Below are positions 40,982-54,995 of a stretch of DNA of 64,000 nt, piece by piece. The stretch's first letter is position 1. Each line of letters begins with the position of its first letter. Made by a program: the position numbers and the translations under genes. Location: assembly GCA_951406725.2 (NCBI GenBank), contig OX597814.1:103788001-103852000 (forward strand). Reading direction: 5' to 3'. The notes below the pieces were generated by a model. The model saw only the letters and a program-made list of their open reading frames with translations, did not search any database and was not told the DNA's origin. This DNA comes from Octopus vulgaris (lineage: Eukaryota).

Positions 40982-41087
40982 ATTGTTCAGTTTGAAATTT
41001 CAACAGCAACAACAGGGTATGTATGTATGTATGTATGTATGTATGTATGTATGTATGTATGTATGTATGTATGTATGTATGTATGTA

Positions 41088-41118
<31 letters not shown>

Positions 41119-41126
41119 ATGTATGT

Positions 41127-41495
41127 CAGTGTTCAGTTTTATATCAAGATTTTTTGCCAATAGAGATAGAACCGGTTTCTAACCAAGATTTAAGGCTCCT
41201 TCATTGGAATTTCAACATCAGCAGCAGGTTACTTTTGTTTGTGTGTATGTATGTATATGCAGATGTGTATGTTTTGTTTTATGCATGTATTCTCATGTAT
41301 ATAGTTACATATCCAGACGCGCACATATATATTTACGTGATAAACTTCTGGAAAGTTTTACAGATTTTTACAATTCCAGTGATGGATTGGACTTGTAGTC
41401 TTCGAATTAGCTTTCTCCTTTCTGGTTTTGAGAAGCCTAATTTCTCAAGATCAGTATTTAGGCCGAGTGTTACATACCCAGGGCCCCAATAATAA
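41127..41495 (-). mobile_element. REL-type LINE 3' end in a (TATG)n tract
   Basis: GYVTLGLNTDLEKLGFSKPERRKLIRRLQVQSITGIVKICKTFQKFIT* followed by a 3' UTR and (CATA)n. Confidence 0.65.
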
Positions 41496-42117
41496 TGTAT
41501 GTATGTATGGATGGATGGATGGATGGATGCATGCATGCATGTGTGTGCGTGTGTGTACGTTTTTTTATTGGGGGTGGGGGTTCATGCCCGCAAAGGTATA
41601 TCTGCAGATGAGGACACATACGTTCCTACTACAAATCCTAAGCACACCTGAATATACACATACGTGTTTGTCATTTGTTCTTTGTAGATTGGACGTTGCA
41701 AGAGTTACTCTGCTGAATGAATATCAGTCACTTTGGTTGAGATTCTCCGTGGGTTGTAGGCTGGCCTCGCCCCTGCTCGAATTACGGTAGCACACTTACT
41801 GGTTAAAGACTTTAGGGATCTGGTGGGGTATTTAGGCTTTGTTCAATGGATAAGAAAGTGGTGACATAATCTTAAGGAATGGTTTCAATCACCCTGCTTA
41901 CTGTCTCTGATGGGTCACGTGTGGGTCACATGGTTGTCATGTGTGCTGTCAAGAACAATTGGCATAAATCTCGAGGGAGATTTCACTGTATTTCTAGTAG
42001 GTCGAGTGTTTGTGTAGGAGCTGGCTCATAGCCATGTTCTCGTGATGATAGGGATAAGGGTGGCGGCGGTTGATAATTACAGCGATGGCTGGTCGTTCTA
42101 AATAAGTAAATAAATGT

Positions 42118-42168
<51 letters not shown>

Positions 42169-42309
42169 TGTGTGTGCGTGTGCGCGCGCGTAATTCTACA
42201 AATAAATAAATGTTGAAGGAAAAAAAAGAACAGGATATCAGAGTCGTAGAAAGGGTAGAAATAATTTCACTGCGAACATTTATGTAGACGTACATCTATT
42301 TATCTATCC

Positions 42310-42387
<78 letters not shown>

Positions 42388-42405
42388 ATATATACATACA
42401 TACAT

Positions 42406-42457
<52 letters not shown>

Positions 42458-42505
42458 ACACACATAAATAAATATATATATTTATATATGCATGTATGTA
42501 AATAT

Positions 42506-42541
<36 letters not shown>

Positions 42542-42576
42542 TATATATAAAAAAATATATATAGACACATATATAC

Positions 42577-42623
<47 letters not shown>

Positions 42624-43165
42624 TATATATACATACACACACGTACACACACACATATATATAGGAATCCGTATATAAATGCACATGCATACACATATTC
42701 CTGCCCCCTCCTCCCTTTCTTTGGTAAGTAAATTTAAATGTCAAAATCAAGTCATGTGATGTAATTACAAATGAAGACCTAAATTCCTCAACCGGATGGT
42801 AATGTCTGCTGATGGCACTAATATATCTGTGATTCCATACAATCACCTTTACAACCCTCGGCTCATAGTTTCTCACACACACATACACACACACATACAC
42901 ACAAAAGATAATTCTATTACAAATTTATTTAATTAGACGACAACAAATCGGAAATAAAATTCATGATTGTGGCTATTGTATTTATGTTATTTATTATTTG
43001 AAATGTTAAGTTGTATCCCTTTGGGTTATTGGTTCGAATCGAGCTGTAGTAGTTAAAGTTGATTGCTACACTCGGTCTCAGACGAAGCCGTATGCCAAAC
43101 AAATCTCCGAAATTATGGTGCAAAAAATACCACGGTCCAGTATTTTTGGAATCGCATGAAATATT

Positions 43166-43368
43166 GATTTCAAATTTTGGCACAAGGCCAGAAATTTCGA
43201 GTCGATTACACCAACTCTAATGTTCAGCTTGTACTTATTTCATCGACTCTAGAAGGATTAAAGGTAAAGTCGACCTCGGCGGCATTTGAACTCAGAACGT
43301 AAAGACGAACAAAATTCAGCTCAGCATTTCGCCCGGGGTGCTAACAATTCTGCCAGCTCACCGCTTTA
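43166..43368 (-). mobile_element. SINE family B with 17-bp target-site duplication
   Basis: GAATCGCATGAAATATT at 43149-43165 and 43369-43385. Confidence 0.92.
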
Positions 43369-44679
43369 GAATCGCATGAAATATTAGCAGGAAGTGAGTC
43401 ATTTTTGGTGTGTTCAATTCTATCTTGTAAAGTGTTATCTGCATCAGTTTTGAACAATTTATTGGGGGGGGTGTCTTTATTGTTGTTGTTGTTTAGCAGA
43501 AACGATTTGGGGTGATACCAAATGTTCCCTGAACTAATCTTAACCCCATTCACCAATCGTGCAGGTTTTATCGACGCCACATGGCAGCAAATTCTTTCTT
43601 ATATGTCTCTAGCTTTATGGTTTTAATTTTAGTTTACATTTACATAAGACCGCTGCGTGTTTTAATATCCTTTCTGACACAAAAAAAAAACAGGCTCACG
43701 CATCCTCTCGTATCCATTGCTGACGGGGTTTATGTGGGCAAAAATTAAACAAATTCATAACAGAAAACTATTTAAAAGCTATCGTCTGGTCACTCGTCCA
43801 CAAATATATTAAATCTGAACATTTGTAAGAAAAAATGGTGTGGACTATACAGAACACCTCCGATAGGTTGCGACTTAACTCTTGCAGTCTCCTGACATGT
43901 GGAAAAGAGTTCTTCCATAGATCAGTTAAGGATCCCAAAAGTTAGTACCAGTACTTCAGATACTCCGTGGTATATTGCCATGTTGCACAAGGAGACACCC
44001 ATCCATCTTCTTCTTTTTTTTTTGTTTAAAGTCGGATATAATATTCATTAAGGTAACATTATTTTTGAAAACCTTTGTATGATGCACTGAAGGCAATATT
44101 GCGGTAAAATAATTCATGAAAAAAGGCTCGGATCCTGGAAAGTGTTTATCACGCATCAACTACCATGTAAGGAATTATCGTTTTGTCAAATTCCATCTCC
44201 ATATCGACTAAAAATGATGTTACCAAACATAGTTATTGATATTGACTGAGAAATTATGGGTTCCTTAGGAGACTCTTGAATTCTTCTTTCAATTCACACA
44301 ATAACAATTGTCGATTTTTGACGACAAAGATCGATTAACTCTGAAGAGCTGTTCAAAGTCTTACGTGTCGCTCATCTACTTTTGTCTGAAATATAAATAC
44401 TACAGCCATCATTACACTGATTATAAGGTCTGGTATGCTCTAATATCATCAAATAATTTTACACTTTCTAATATTATTATTTCTTAAAGTCCAATGTATT
44501 CCATCAAACTTGGGTCGAAAGATCTCTCAGCATTTCTGAAGTATGTTGAATGATGATTGGATCATAAGTTAAAAGGATTCTCAGTTAACCCCATACAATC
44601 ATTAGAAACCGAATTAGTCGCTGGAGTTACATTCGATGAACAAATGATTTAAAAAAACAGGAAAATATTTAGTCGACGG

Positions 44680-45040
44680 CTAGCAGAGATACCCGGCGTT
44701 GATCAGGATTAAAGTGGCATAGTTTTTTTTATTGTTTTACTTGTTTCAGGCATGTAACTACGGCCATGCTGGAGCACCGCCTTTAGTCGGAGAAATCGAC
44801 CCCAGGATTTATTCTTTGCAAGCCTAGTACTTATTTTATCGGTGACTTTTGCCGAACTGCTAGGTTATGGGGACTAAAACACAGCAACATCGGTTGTCAA
44901 GCGATGGTAGGGGTACAAACACAGACAGACACACACACACCCGCGCACACGTACGCATACACAAATATACACATATATACGACAGTCTTCTATCAAGTTT
45001 CCGTGTACGAAATCCACTCACAAGGTTTTGGTGGACCTCA
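44680..45040 (-). mobile_element. Helitron 3' terminus remnant (44680-44725) abutting SINE family A (44725-45040)
   Basis: CTAGCAGAGATACCCGGCGTTG resembles the 8335-8362 terminus; SINE A tail and body homology. Confidence 0.75.
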
Positions 45041-45097
45041 GGGTATATATATGTGTGTGTGTGTATGTGTGCGTGTGTGCGTGTGTGTGTGTGTATG

Positions 45098-45131
<34 letters not shown>

Positions 45132-45375
45132 ATTGAACTAAGAGAATTTCCAATCATTATTCTTCATTTAGGAATAGCAGTAAACGTTATAGCACAGGGC
45201 TAAGTAAATTATATTTGGTATCTTCAAGACAACAATAAGGATTTTAAGTTAGATTGGTTCATCCTGTCCATCTCTTCCCTTATGACAAGGGCAAAGGATT
45301 TTGTAACATTTGCAACTCTGAACTCTTCCACATTCCAGAGAGAATAAAAAAGGCTTTTGGTGCAAATGATCAAGC

Positions 45376-45450
<75 letters not shown>

Positions 45451-45467
45451 CATACATATACATAATC

Positions 45468-45504
<37 letters not shown>

Positions 45505-45511
45505 CATAATC

Positions 45512-45550
<39 letters not shown>

Positions 45551-45844
45551 TACTTGGAAGAGGATGCGTGGCATTTCGTCTTTACCTTCGAAACACGGAG
45601 TAGACGAAACGGAGGCGGCTGAAGAAGGGGAATTTTCCTTGTGTCGTATGTCTTGTACCCTGTTTTTTCGTTGTTTAAAAAAATGTCCGTTTCCATGGTT
45701 CTGTTTTTATGTTTTCGTTCCTTATTGTGTTCGATGCTTTTTTTGGGTGTCCTGTACCTATATATGCATGTATATATACATATAGATGTAGGTACGTACA
45801 TATATATATATGTATATATGCATATGTTTTATTTATTATTTTGT

Positions 45845-45956
<112 letters not shown>

Positions 45957-46330
45957 TTTAGACGAGTATATTACATGCACATCTATGTATATTTACGAAT
46001 ATCTACGTATGTGTGTATGTGCATGTGTGTGTATGTGTGTGTGTGTATGTGTGTGTGTGTGTGTGTGTGTGTATTATCGCCCAACAGGTACCCGGATCTC
46101 AGTTCTGCCATCGACTTCAATGACGTCAACACAAGGATGTAGAAAATGAATCGGAAACGCCAGCAAGTAGTTTCATTGTCATTTTATCTTATTAGCGCTT
46201 CCGATCCTGTAACGATTTCACCCCCACCACCATTGCAACCACCACCCTTACAGACACCAACATCACAACCATCACCATCACCAACAACAACAACTGCTGC
46301 TACTACTTATGCACTCAAAACCGTTATCAT

Positions 46331-46411
<81 letters not shown>

Positions 46412-46762
46412 AGCAGTAAATAGAAAGATATAACACCAAAAATCGCATACAAACACACATATGGACAGACAGGCACACACACTTACACATACACGCGCGC
46501 ACACATGGACAGGCAGACAGACAGACACACATATGGACACACATACACGTATGTAGGCACACACAAACACGTATGTAGGCACACACAATCACACACAAAC
46601 ATACACACTCACACACTCATATGCACACAGACCCAAACACACACACGTACACGCACACAGATGTTAATAGATGACAAATAAAAGATGAACTCTGTTTTAG
46701 TCTTCGCTAAAAGTCTGTGGTCGGCCTTTTAATTCTCTACGTAACACTTCAATGGCTATATC

Positions 46763-46983
46763 TATTTCTTTATTACCCACAAGGGGCTAAACATAGAGGG
46801 GGCAAACAAGGACAGGCAAACGGATTAAGTCGATTACATCGACCCTAGTGCGTAACTGGTACTTAATTTATCGACCCCGAAAGGATGAAAGGCAAAGTCG
46901 ACCTCGGCGGAATTTGAACTCACAACGTAGCGGCAGACGAAATACCGCTTGGCATTTCGCCGGTGTGCTAACGTTTCTGCCAG

Positions 46984-46987
<4 letters not shown>
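46763..46987 (-). mobile_element. SINE family B
   Basis: Reverse complement of 14364-14600; 25-bp direct repeats at 46738 and 47098. Confidence 0.9.
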
Positions 46988-47054
<67 letters not shown>

Positions 47055-47199
47055 ACACACACACACACATGCACACATGCTTGTATGTACAAATACATAC
47101 GTAACACTTCATTGGCTATATCGAGGCAATATTGTATGTGGCAGCGAAACCTAACGGAAATTAGCCAGAAATTATCAAAGATATTAAACTCTGAATATC

Positions 47200-48190
47200 A
47201 ACTATAAACCGTCGGTGAGAAAGAGAATATAAAATTGTGATGAAGCGGAACCTGAAATCCTGCCATAAGAATGCTTGGTATTCTTTACCAATCTAAACAA
47301 TGTTGTTAACCTGGAGTGTCAACAGAAAGCTTATGAAATTTTCTGTTCGGATTGATAATCCCTCACTAATAGGTCACTTATATTGACAAAGGTTCCTGTC
47401 ATCCAGCCATAGTTTTCAATAATCTGGTAAAGGGCGCCAGCAGAAGAATCTCGAACCTATCTTGAAATAAAGATATTTGTACTACAACCAGGTTCTGGCA
47501 GCCAGACCCTAACCCCTCGAAGAGAAGGCGCCACCGGAAATTGTTGTGGTTCACACCACCCTTCTTTTTAAGCGTTAAAACCCAAGTAGGTAAGATTTGT
47601 CTTAGCTTAATAAATAAACACTTCCCCCGTACAGATACGTTTAAGCAAAATATTCAATAGGCATAGCCTGAGAATTTCCTCTAGCTGTACACCCAGTGTA
47701 AAACATTTTAATAGGTAGTCCCACATCTGAAACAGAAGTAGGATGCTCATGTAGGGGTAACTCAACATGTCCACTGAACTACCACTGTAACATGGAGACC
47801 GTCGTATACGAGTCAAAGGTAACAGCCATGGGACCAAATGAGCAACCAAACGTGCGAAAGTACGTGGAAGCAACTGAAGCCCCCCTTCAGAACCTGCTAT
47901 AACTACCACAAGTTCTTCTTCAACATCCCGGAGAGATGTAATACCACAACCCTGACCAAGCACATTTGGTCTTTTAAAGAAAGCGCCACCAAGTACAGCG
48001 TAAAGTGGAAGATCTTACAGAAATGTAAACTGTACAGGAAGTGCAAGTTATGCCTGGCTGAGAAAAGAGCGATTTTAAAGAGTATCCAGCACCCAGGTAT
48101 TTATCAGAATAGCAGAAGTGAAATTTTTATTCCTTGCCCACATGAAAGGAAATACATTCTATCATACCTGCGTGCTCCGTTATGATTATA
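47200..48190 (+). pseudogene. Penelope-like element (Neptune-like), RT thumb, linker and GIY-YIG remnant
   Basis: YIDKGSCHPAIVF..RRISNLS; RKLLWFTPPFFLSVKTQVGK..INKHFP; KIFNRHSLRISSSCTP; ORF 47838-48185 FRTCYNYHK..TTLTKHIW..VKWKIL..CKLCLAEK..RSEIFIPCPHERKY. Confidence 0.88.
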
Positions 48191-49125
48191 ATCACCAATC
48201 CCCCCAAGTTCGGTCCTCCACCATTACCTCGGAGTCCGGCAAAGAGTATGACCAGAGCATACACTAACGCACCCACAAACACGCACGCCTCAACACGGCG
48301 AACACCTACTCAATAGACTGTCCCCCCCCCAAATAAACCCACATACACATTGTACCCCTACATACTCCATACTCCATACTTTCATCTATTGTCGGTTAAC
48401 GTTTCTTACAGTTCGTTTATATTAAATACCAGCATCCAGTTATATCACTGATATTATACTTTAATTTCTGCTGACCCTAATTAGTTTAATCTCTGCTAAT
48501 TCTCCACACTCATGCTATAACTGTTTAAACGGATTATTGTTTCCTCGACCAAACATTTTCGGATTATTCCTCTTCTCGAACAATATATTTTTAAGATTAT
48601 TATAATTTATAATTTTCATATCTCACTTGTTTCTTTATAATTCTTTACTTGATTAATTTTTTTTTTTTGATTTCTTAATTTTCAAACGTAATATATTATG
48701 TATTCAACCCTAATCCCGGTTTAACTTACACTCCTCCACTTAATAAAGATTTAGCAACGAACTACATAACTAATTAATATCTATTTTAATTTATTTTATT
48801 TTTGCTGATTCTAAACTCTTAATCTCAATTTTTTGAATTTTGTACTTTTAAAAACTTTTTAAAAGTAATATGTATTTACCCCCAATCACTTTGATCCTCA
48901 GTCCCCTTCACTGGGCTGTTATTTATGTGTCACTAGCTAAGTATTAATTTTCACTCTATACATCTTATCTATTTATTCTCAGTTTCTATATTTGGTGTCC
49001 CTATATTTTCTCTATTTTTTCTTTTTTTATCTTATACATCTTCAATTCACCCAAGCCATATTTGTTCAGACTAGAATAGTTTATAACTTTCTTGGCTGCT
49101 TTTCAATTAAACTCTAAATTCTTAA

Positions 49126-49583
49126 AGTAAAGCGTATTTGCCAACATAATGTGGCAGTCTTGGATGGGACGAATGCCACTGTTGTTTATCCCCCAGGAAA
49201 CATCGTTTCCGGCTGGCTATACGACACAATATCTTCGTCCTTATATTTTCGAACAGGGGAGCTCAGCACCCACATCCAGCACAAAGCAACATCTGTGGAC
49301 CGGTTTCTGGATTATTGCCCTTTGTCAGCACAGAGTAGCTGCTCGGCTAGACGGTGCTGCTGAATTCCCGTTCGAAAATATATAATTTTCAAAGTGACAC
49401 ACAGTCACTGATCTAATAAATAGAAACGCTTCAAAGATGTTGCTTTGTGCTGGATGGGGGTGTTGAGCTCTCTGTTCGAAAATATAAGGACACAGATATT
49501 GTGGAAACGGCGTTTCCTCTGGCAAAGTAGTAACATTCGTTCCATCAAGGACTTCCACATTATGTTGGCAAATAGTCTTTACT
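49126..49583. mobile_element. MITE with long TIRs and TTAA target duplication (Kolobok-like)
   Basis: TTAA|AGTAAAG...CTTTACT|TTAA; imperfect inverted arms of about 150-170 bp; no ORF. Confidence 0.75.
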
Positions 49584-49993
49584 TTAAAGAACTGTTACTG
49601 TTCTTAGTTTCTGCTTTAACTCTTTAGGGTCTATTAGATTTCTCCATCTTTTTCATATTGGCATCACTTTTTCCCTTGCTTACACCTTCTAAGGTCACAA
49701 AGTGGGTCTGCTAGTGAGGCGGTGATTTATGCCTGCAACTAACCACACTGCTCCGCCACCACAAATATCAAAAGTATTCTCATTATTATTATTTTCGACT
49801 TGTCAGAATTATCGGTTTAATCGTTCCCCCCCTCTCGTCTGCTCAACGTTGTCGCTGATGAATGCCGTCTGGTGTTCAAATAAAATTTCACTCATCAAAC
49901 GAAATTTGGTACCAGTGGCATGGCTGTATTGACCAACCACTAAAAATCCAGATAAAGCGATTTGCTCTATATGGCCCTACCTAATTTATTAAT

Positions 49994-50097
49994 CTTCTTC
50001 TTCTTCTTCTTCTTCTTCTTCTTCTTCTTCTTCTTCTTCTTCTTCTTCTTCTTCTTCTTCTTCTTCTTCTTCTTCTTCTTCTACTTCTTCTTCTTCT
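49994..50097. repeat. (TTC)n microsatellite
   Basis: Direct inspection. Confidence 0.97.
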
Positions 50098-50421
50098 ACA
50101 CCCCCCTCCGTCATGATCTCTACGCTGATTACTTATCCCCTAAACACACTCTTATATACTTTTTGTTTCCTCCCAATATGAGCAAAAACGAAAAGAAAGA
50201 ACAAAGCAAACCAATGCCTGGAGGACGCGTGGTGTGACAGCGCCCGTTTGATACTACTAGTCTGGGGAAGTGCCACTCTAATGTCTAAAACCGCAAACAT
50301 TACGTACATTTTCTCTTCGAATGTTTGCGTTAACAGGTGTTGCAAGCAGATTTGGTACAAAAACAATTGTAAGGAATCACTAAAGATGTGTCAAAGGATT
50401 TCTTTGTTTTCTTGTTATTTG

Positions 50422-50487
<66 letters not shown>

Positions 50488-50534
50488 GGAGATGTACTTG
50501 CATAGCAAGTGACCTGATCATGTGCTGAAACAGA

Positions 50535-50779
50535 AACAATTGCAGCGTGGAAGGTGTTTATAAAACATTTAAAAACACACAAAACCCGTTAGATTCACTT
50601 TAACATTTAAATTTAATTTGTCAAAATATTTTCGTCGCTTTGAAATCGAGACCTGTCCACTGACAAAATTCCTTGCAGCACAGAAATATTTTGACAAATT
50701 AAATTTAAATGTTGAAGTGAATTTAACGTTTTTTGTGTGTTTCTAATGGCTTATAAACACCTTCCGCGCCGCAATTGTT
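50535..50779. mobile_element. foldback element, family H3, with G3:C8 hammerhead-like fold (50617-50667, minus)
   Basis: Arms of about 96 bp at 50535-50631 and 50684-50779; UUUGUCA-GUGGACA-G-GUCUC..GCGAC-GAAA-AUAU-UU^UGACAAA. Confidence 0.7.
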
Positions 50780-51459
50780 ATAGTAGTATTATCTGTATAT
50801 ATAAATTACTATCGTATAACCTTATACCATTATATATTATTCTACAATTCCTTTATTCTAAATCTCAACGACTTTATTTTGAAACTTTATTTAATTTTTG
50901 TAGTAGAAGACCTGGGGATAAAACATTTACACGTAGCAAGGCAGACAGAAACTCCATCTGGAGTGGAAGCCAAAGGTATTTGAATGCATCGACATTTTTA
51001 CAAGAGTTGATCCTCTTTTCGAACGTGTGTGCATGTATGCCTGCATTCATGAATGCATGTAAGCATGTAAGCATGCATACTATCAGAGTCAGCAAGAAAC
51101 ACTGGAGAAATATAACAGAATTATTTGCCCTTCATTACGGGAATTAACAGAATTATTTGCCCTTGGTATTTCTCATTAAGTGGATTATCTGCTCTTGGTT
51201 TCATCAAAAAGCATGACTGTTTTGAATTCAATAAATATAATACTTGTGAAATAATAGCATGATAATAACATATTGCCTCTCCAGGGACAAGCCACTGATT
51301 TCCACTTAAGACACAGCTTAACTTGATCAACCCCAGTACATAACTAGTACTTATTTCATCAACTGCACTGAGGTTTGAATTCAGAGTATGAATATTTGAA
51401 ACTAAATACTACACGGAATTAAAATCTATCGCTTCACTTCTACTGCTAAACACTGACTT

Positions 51460-51518
<59 letters not shown>

Positions 51519-51528
51519 CAACAATAAT

Positions 51529-51564
<36 letters not shown>

Positions 51565-51565
<1 letters not shown>

Positions 51566-52672
51566 GAAATTAGGAGGAGCATCTTCCAAGTGAACTGCAT
51601 GTCCCCACTGATCTTTGTACTGCGCTTGATACCACTGACACTGATTCTGAGGAAAGCAAAAGCTGGGTATGTATTCAAAAGCCGCCAGCAAAAAGTCAAC
51701 CATTTGTTATTCATGGATGACCTCAAACTTTATGGTAAAGATGAAGCCCAAGTCAGTTCCCTCGTTGATACGGTGTATACCTTCAATACTGATATCAGAA
51801 TGGAGTTTGGACTGAGAAAGTGTGGTGTGTTAGTATTGAAGAGAGGCAAAATCAAATGTATGGACGGCCTAACGATACCGCCGGGAGAGGTTATGAAGCA
51901 GATAGAAGAGACGGGCTATAAGTACTTGGGGATTTTGGAAATGGATAAATTGATGGAGAAAGAAATGACAGAAAAATTTAAGGTGGAGTACTTACGCAGA
52001 CTGAGACTGATCCTTAAGTCGAAATTAAACGGACGGAATAAGATTGAAGCTATCAACACCTGGGCGGTTTCACTTCATATATCTGAAGCAGGGGTAATCG
52101 CATGGACAGTAGACGAACTAAACAGCTTAGACAGAAAGACAAGGAAGTTGCTGACTAGATATGGGCCACTCCACCCAAAAAGTGACACAAACAGACTGTA
52201 TGTACCAAGAAAAAGAAGGGGAAGAGGACTTATTGGATGCGAACACAGCATTAGATCAGAAGAAAACAACATAGCATGGTATGTAAAAAAAAATGCCACA
52301 GAACCGCTATTATTAGAAGTATGAAGGTCAGGCTTGTGTAGGATGAAAGATTACAAAGATAAAGCACTATACAAGAAATTGAAAACGAATGAAACTGAAA
52401 ATAGGTGGGTAAAGAAAAGAATGCATGGTCAATTTCATAGAGATGTTGAAGATAAGACAGAGAGAGAACAAAGATGGCTGTGGATGACTAAAAGTGATCT
52501 AAAACCGGAAACGGAGGCTCTAATTTGTGCTGCCCAAGAGCAAGCACTAAGAACAAACTACATAAAATACAGAATAGGCAACAGTGCAGAAAGTGATAAG
52601 TGCAGAATCTGTGGACAAAATGGTGAAACCTTATGGCATATTACCGGCCAATGTGCGCCACTAGCCCAGATT
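51565..52672 (+). pseudogene. R4/Dong-like LINE, RT domain to zinc knuckle, truncated at both ends
   Basis: SPLIFVL..VNHLLFMDDLKLY..MEFGLRKC..YKYLGI..RLYVPRKRRGRGL; LKPETEALICAAQEQAL..CRICGQNGETLWHI; preceded by (TAA)n/(CAA)n. Confidence 0.93.
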
Positions 52673-53226
52673 ACTTTGATATTATTGTATCGTATATTCC
52701 TATAGTGTATATGCGTAAGTAGACATATGCCTTGCATGTGGGAAGAGTGCTGGCATGACATGCAACATGAATGAAGCTCCAACATCAATAATGGAAAACG
52801 TAGGGCTATAAGATGAAATGCACTTCTATTGAGAGAACGTGGCTTATAAAACAATGAAAAATTACTATTTTACAGACAAAATGTAAATTTCGAACGGGAC
52901 TCGTAGCCGTCTGCTCACAACGTTTTTTTCCGTCTTATAAAGGTAAAATACCCAATTGTTCCGCTGTTTTCAAGGCCATACTATGTCGGAAATTTACTTT
53001 TTTGTCTAACGTTTCCAAAAAGTTTGTTTATAAAAAGTTGTCGCATTCCAGAAACAGTTGTTATTATTATTATTTAGCGTTAAAACTGACGGTAATTGTT
53101 ACCAGCTGAGCTTAATAGCTGAGTGCTCAGCAGGTACATTCTATGTGACACCAGTACGTGCGCTTTTTACATGATGGCCGTACCCGTGGGGTCCCAAATG
53201 GTTTGCAAGACAAGTGTGTCTTAACT

Positions 53227-53269
<43 letters not shown>

Positions 53270-53619
53270 GGGAAGAGGAACGGAGAGAAGTGACAGTGCA
53301 CCAGGCGAGAGACTAGAATATGATAGAGGGACAAAGATAGCTGTCTTACTACAGAGGAGATACTTGGCTACCCCATTCGGACAAGGAAGGAGAGGAAGGT
53401 GAGAGAGATAAAGAGAGAGAGAGAAAGAGATTGGGCATATGCATTGGGAACAATGGTGGAGAGTATAAGTACACAAAGGAGTTGAAGGAGATATTTAGAG
53501 ATAGCAAGTGGTGTTGAGAGGAAACTGGAGGAGCCTGTAGTGGGTGATGGGGTTGGGAAGATGGTTGTGGGAGAGTCTTGCCAGAGACAAATTAATATGT
53601 TTGTGTGTGTGAAGCGAAG

Positions 53620-53775
53620 GTGCAGATATGACCGTCAAGGACATGTCTTTATGTATGGATGGCCACAATTTTAACATAGCTTGATATGTCTTCTCATGTA
53701 CAGCAGATCGCCAGAAGTTTCGGTCCCGTGTCATCTCAGTGAGCTTCAATATCTGATGATCCTTTCTTATCCCTT
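53620..53775 (-). mobile_element. RTE-type LINE 3' end fragment
   Basis: IRKDHQILKLTEMTRDRNFWRSAVHEKT, with the DRxxWR C-terminal motif. Confidence 0.6.
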
Positions 53776-53779
53776 GTGC

Positions 53780-53864
<85 letters not shown>

Positions 53865-54195
53865 CGCGTGTGTGTGCATGTATTTATGGATAGATACATA
53901 CATATGTAAATATGTGTGAAGGTATGTATATATGCATGTATATCTATATATTTATACAACTGTCTATTGATCCATCTCTGTGTGTGTCTCTCTCTCTCTC
54001 TCTACACACACACATATGTGCGCGTGTATAAAGCATCTAACATTATGAAAGTGATCACATGACAAGCAGAAGCAAAAATTACACAATTGACATCCATTTA
54101 ACCTAGTTTAGGATTACATCCCATTAAACTAGTATTTACTAAACTAATTATGTGTATTTTGATCATTAACAATAAGCCTCTTAATTAGGCAAGTG

Positions 54196-54258
54196 TTCAA
54201 ACCGTAGTTGTTTCAGGTTTTCGTAACAAGTTCCCGGTATTTGTCATCGTCAGTGCAG
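54196..54258 (-). ncRNA. hammerhead-like motif
   Basis: CUGACGA-UGACAA..UUGUUA-C-GAAA-ACC..GGU-UU; stem I poor. Confidence 0.4.
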
Positions 54259-54674
54259 TGTGTTTATATCAATTATACCAACCTCACCACCATCATCACT
54301 AACCCCACCACCATCATCATTTATGGTCACTGACCCTCTTCCTTTTGGCTTCTAATCATAAGTTTGTGGGTTCAATTAATTCCAGAGCCAGACAGATTAA
54401 TGGGTTGTTTGAGCCAGACACTTCATTTCCCATTGCCTCAGTCTACTTAGCTGTTAGGGGTACCAGTCATAACTCCCTCCAGCAGTCTCATCTTGGATGC
54501 TCCACTGAGTCAAAGGATGAGGAGTGCCATGGTGTCTTTATGTTTGCTAGTAATTTCATATCTAAAATATTTAATGAAGCTCTGGTACAGCACACGACTT
54601 ACGACAGCGGCGTCTAACAACCATTTCTGCTGGTGTCGTTGTGTTGGACCTTTCTAAATCTTCTATATTAAGTG

Positions 54675-54995
54675 AAGGCCTGCGGCTTAGTGGTTAGGAT
54701 GTTCAGCTCAGAGTAATAAGGCCATGAGTTCGATTCCTGCTGGTGGTGCATTGTGTCCTTGCGCAAGCCACTTTATTTCACGCCGCTTCAGTCCGTTCCC
54801 ATGGCAAAAATGAGTCATACTTTGTTTCGAAGGGTCTGCCATGTTATATTCCGAGTCGTGCTGAATCCCTGGCAGCTGTGTTAAAGGTAGATGCATCTGT
54901 GGTGCGCACAACTACTTGCATGGCAATTCCACGAGCAGGCCGTTCCATTGACCGGATCAACTGGAACCCTCATCGTCGGAATTGGCAGAGAACCA
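54675..54995 (+). mobile_element. SINE, family C-related
   Basis: GGCTTAGTGGTTAGG..GAGTTCGATTCC..TGTGTCCTTGCGCAAGCCACTTTATTTCAC; different tail from 6541-6879. Confidence 0.8.

Noticed and set aside
41688-41786. 99-bp open plus-strand exon candidate
   Set aside because: Weak donor (GTAGCA), no homology, and embedded in probable decayed repeat sequence
45554-45618. Minus-strand exon with good splice sites
   Set aside because: The acceptor is the reverse complement of CTGAAGAAGGGG, which looks like a hammerhead 5' core in a TA-flanked repeat, and no peptide homology is recognisable
49853-49885. CTGATGA followed by a hairpin
   Set aside because: Followed by TCAAA instead of GAAA and no stem III or stem I
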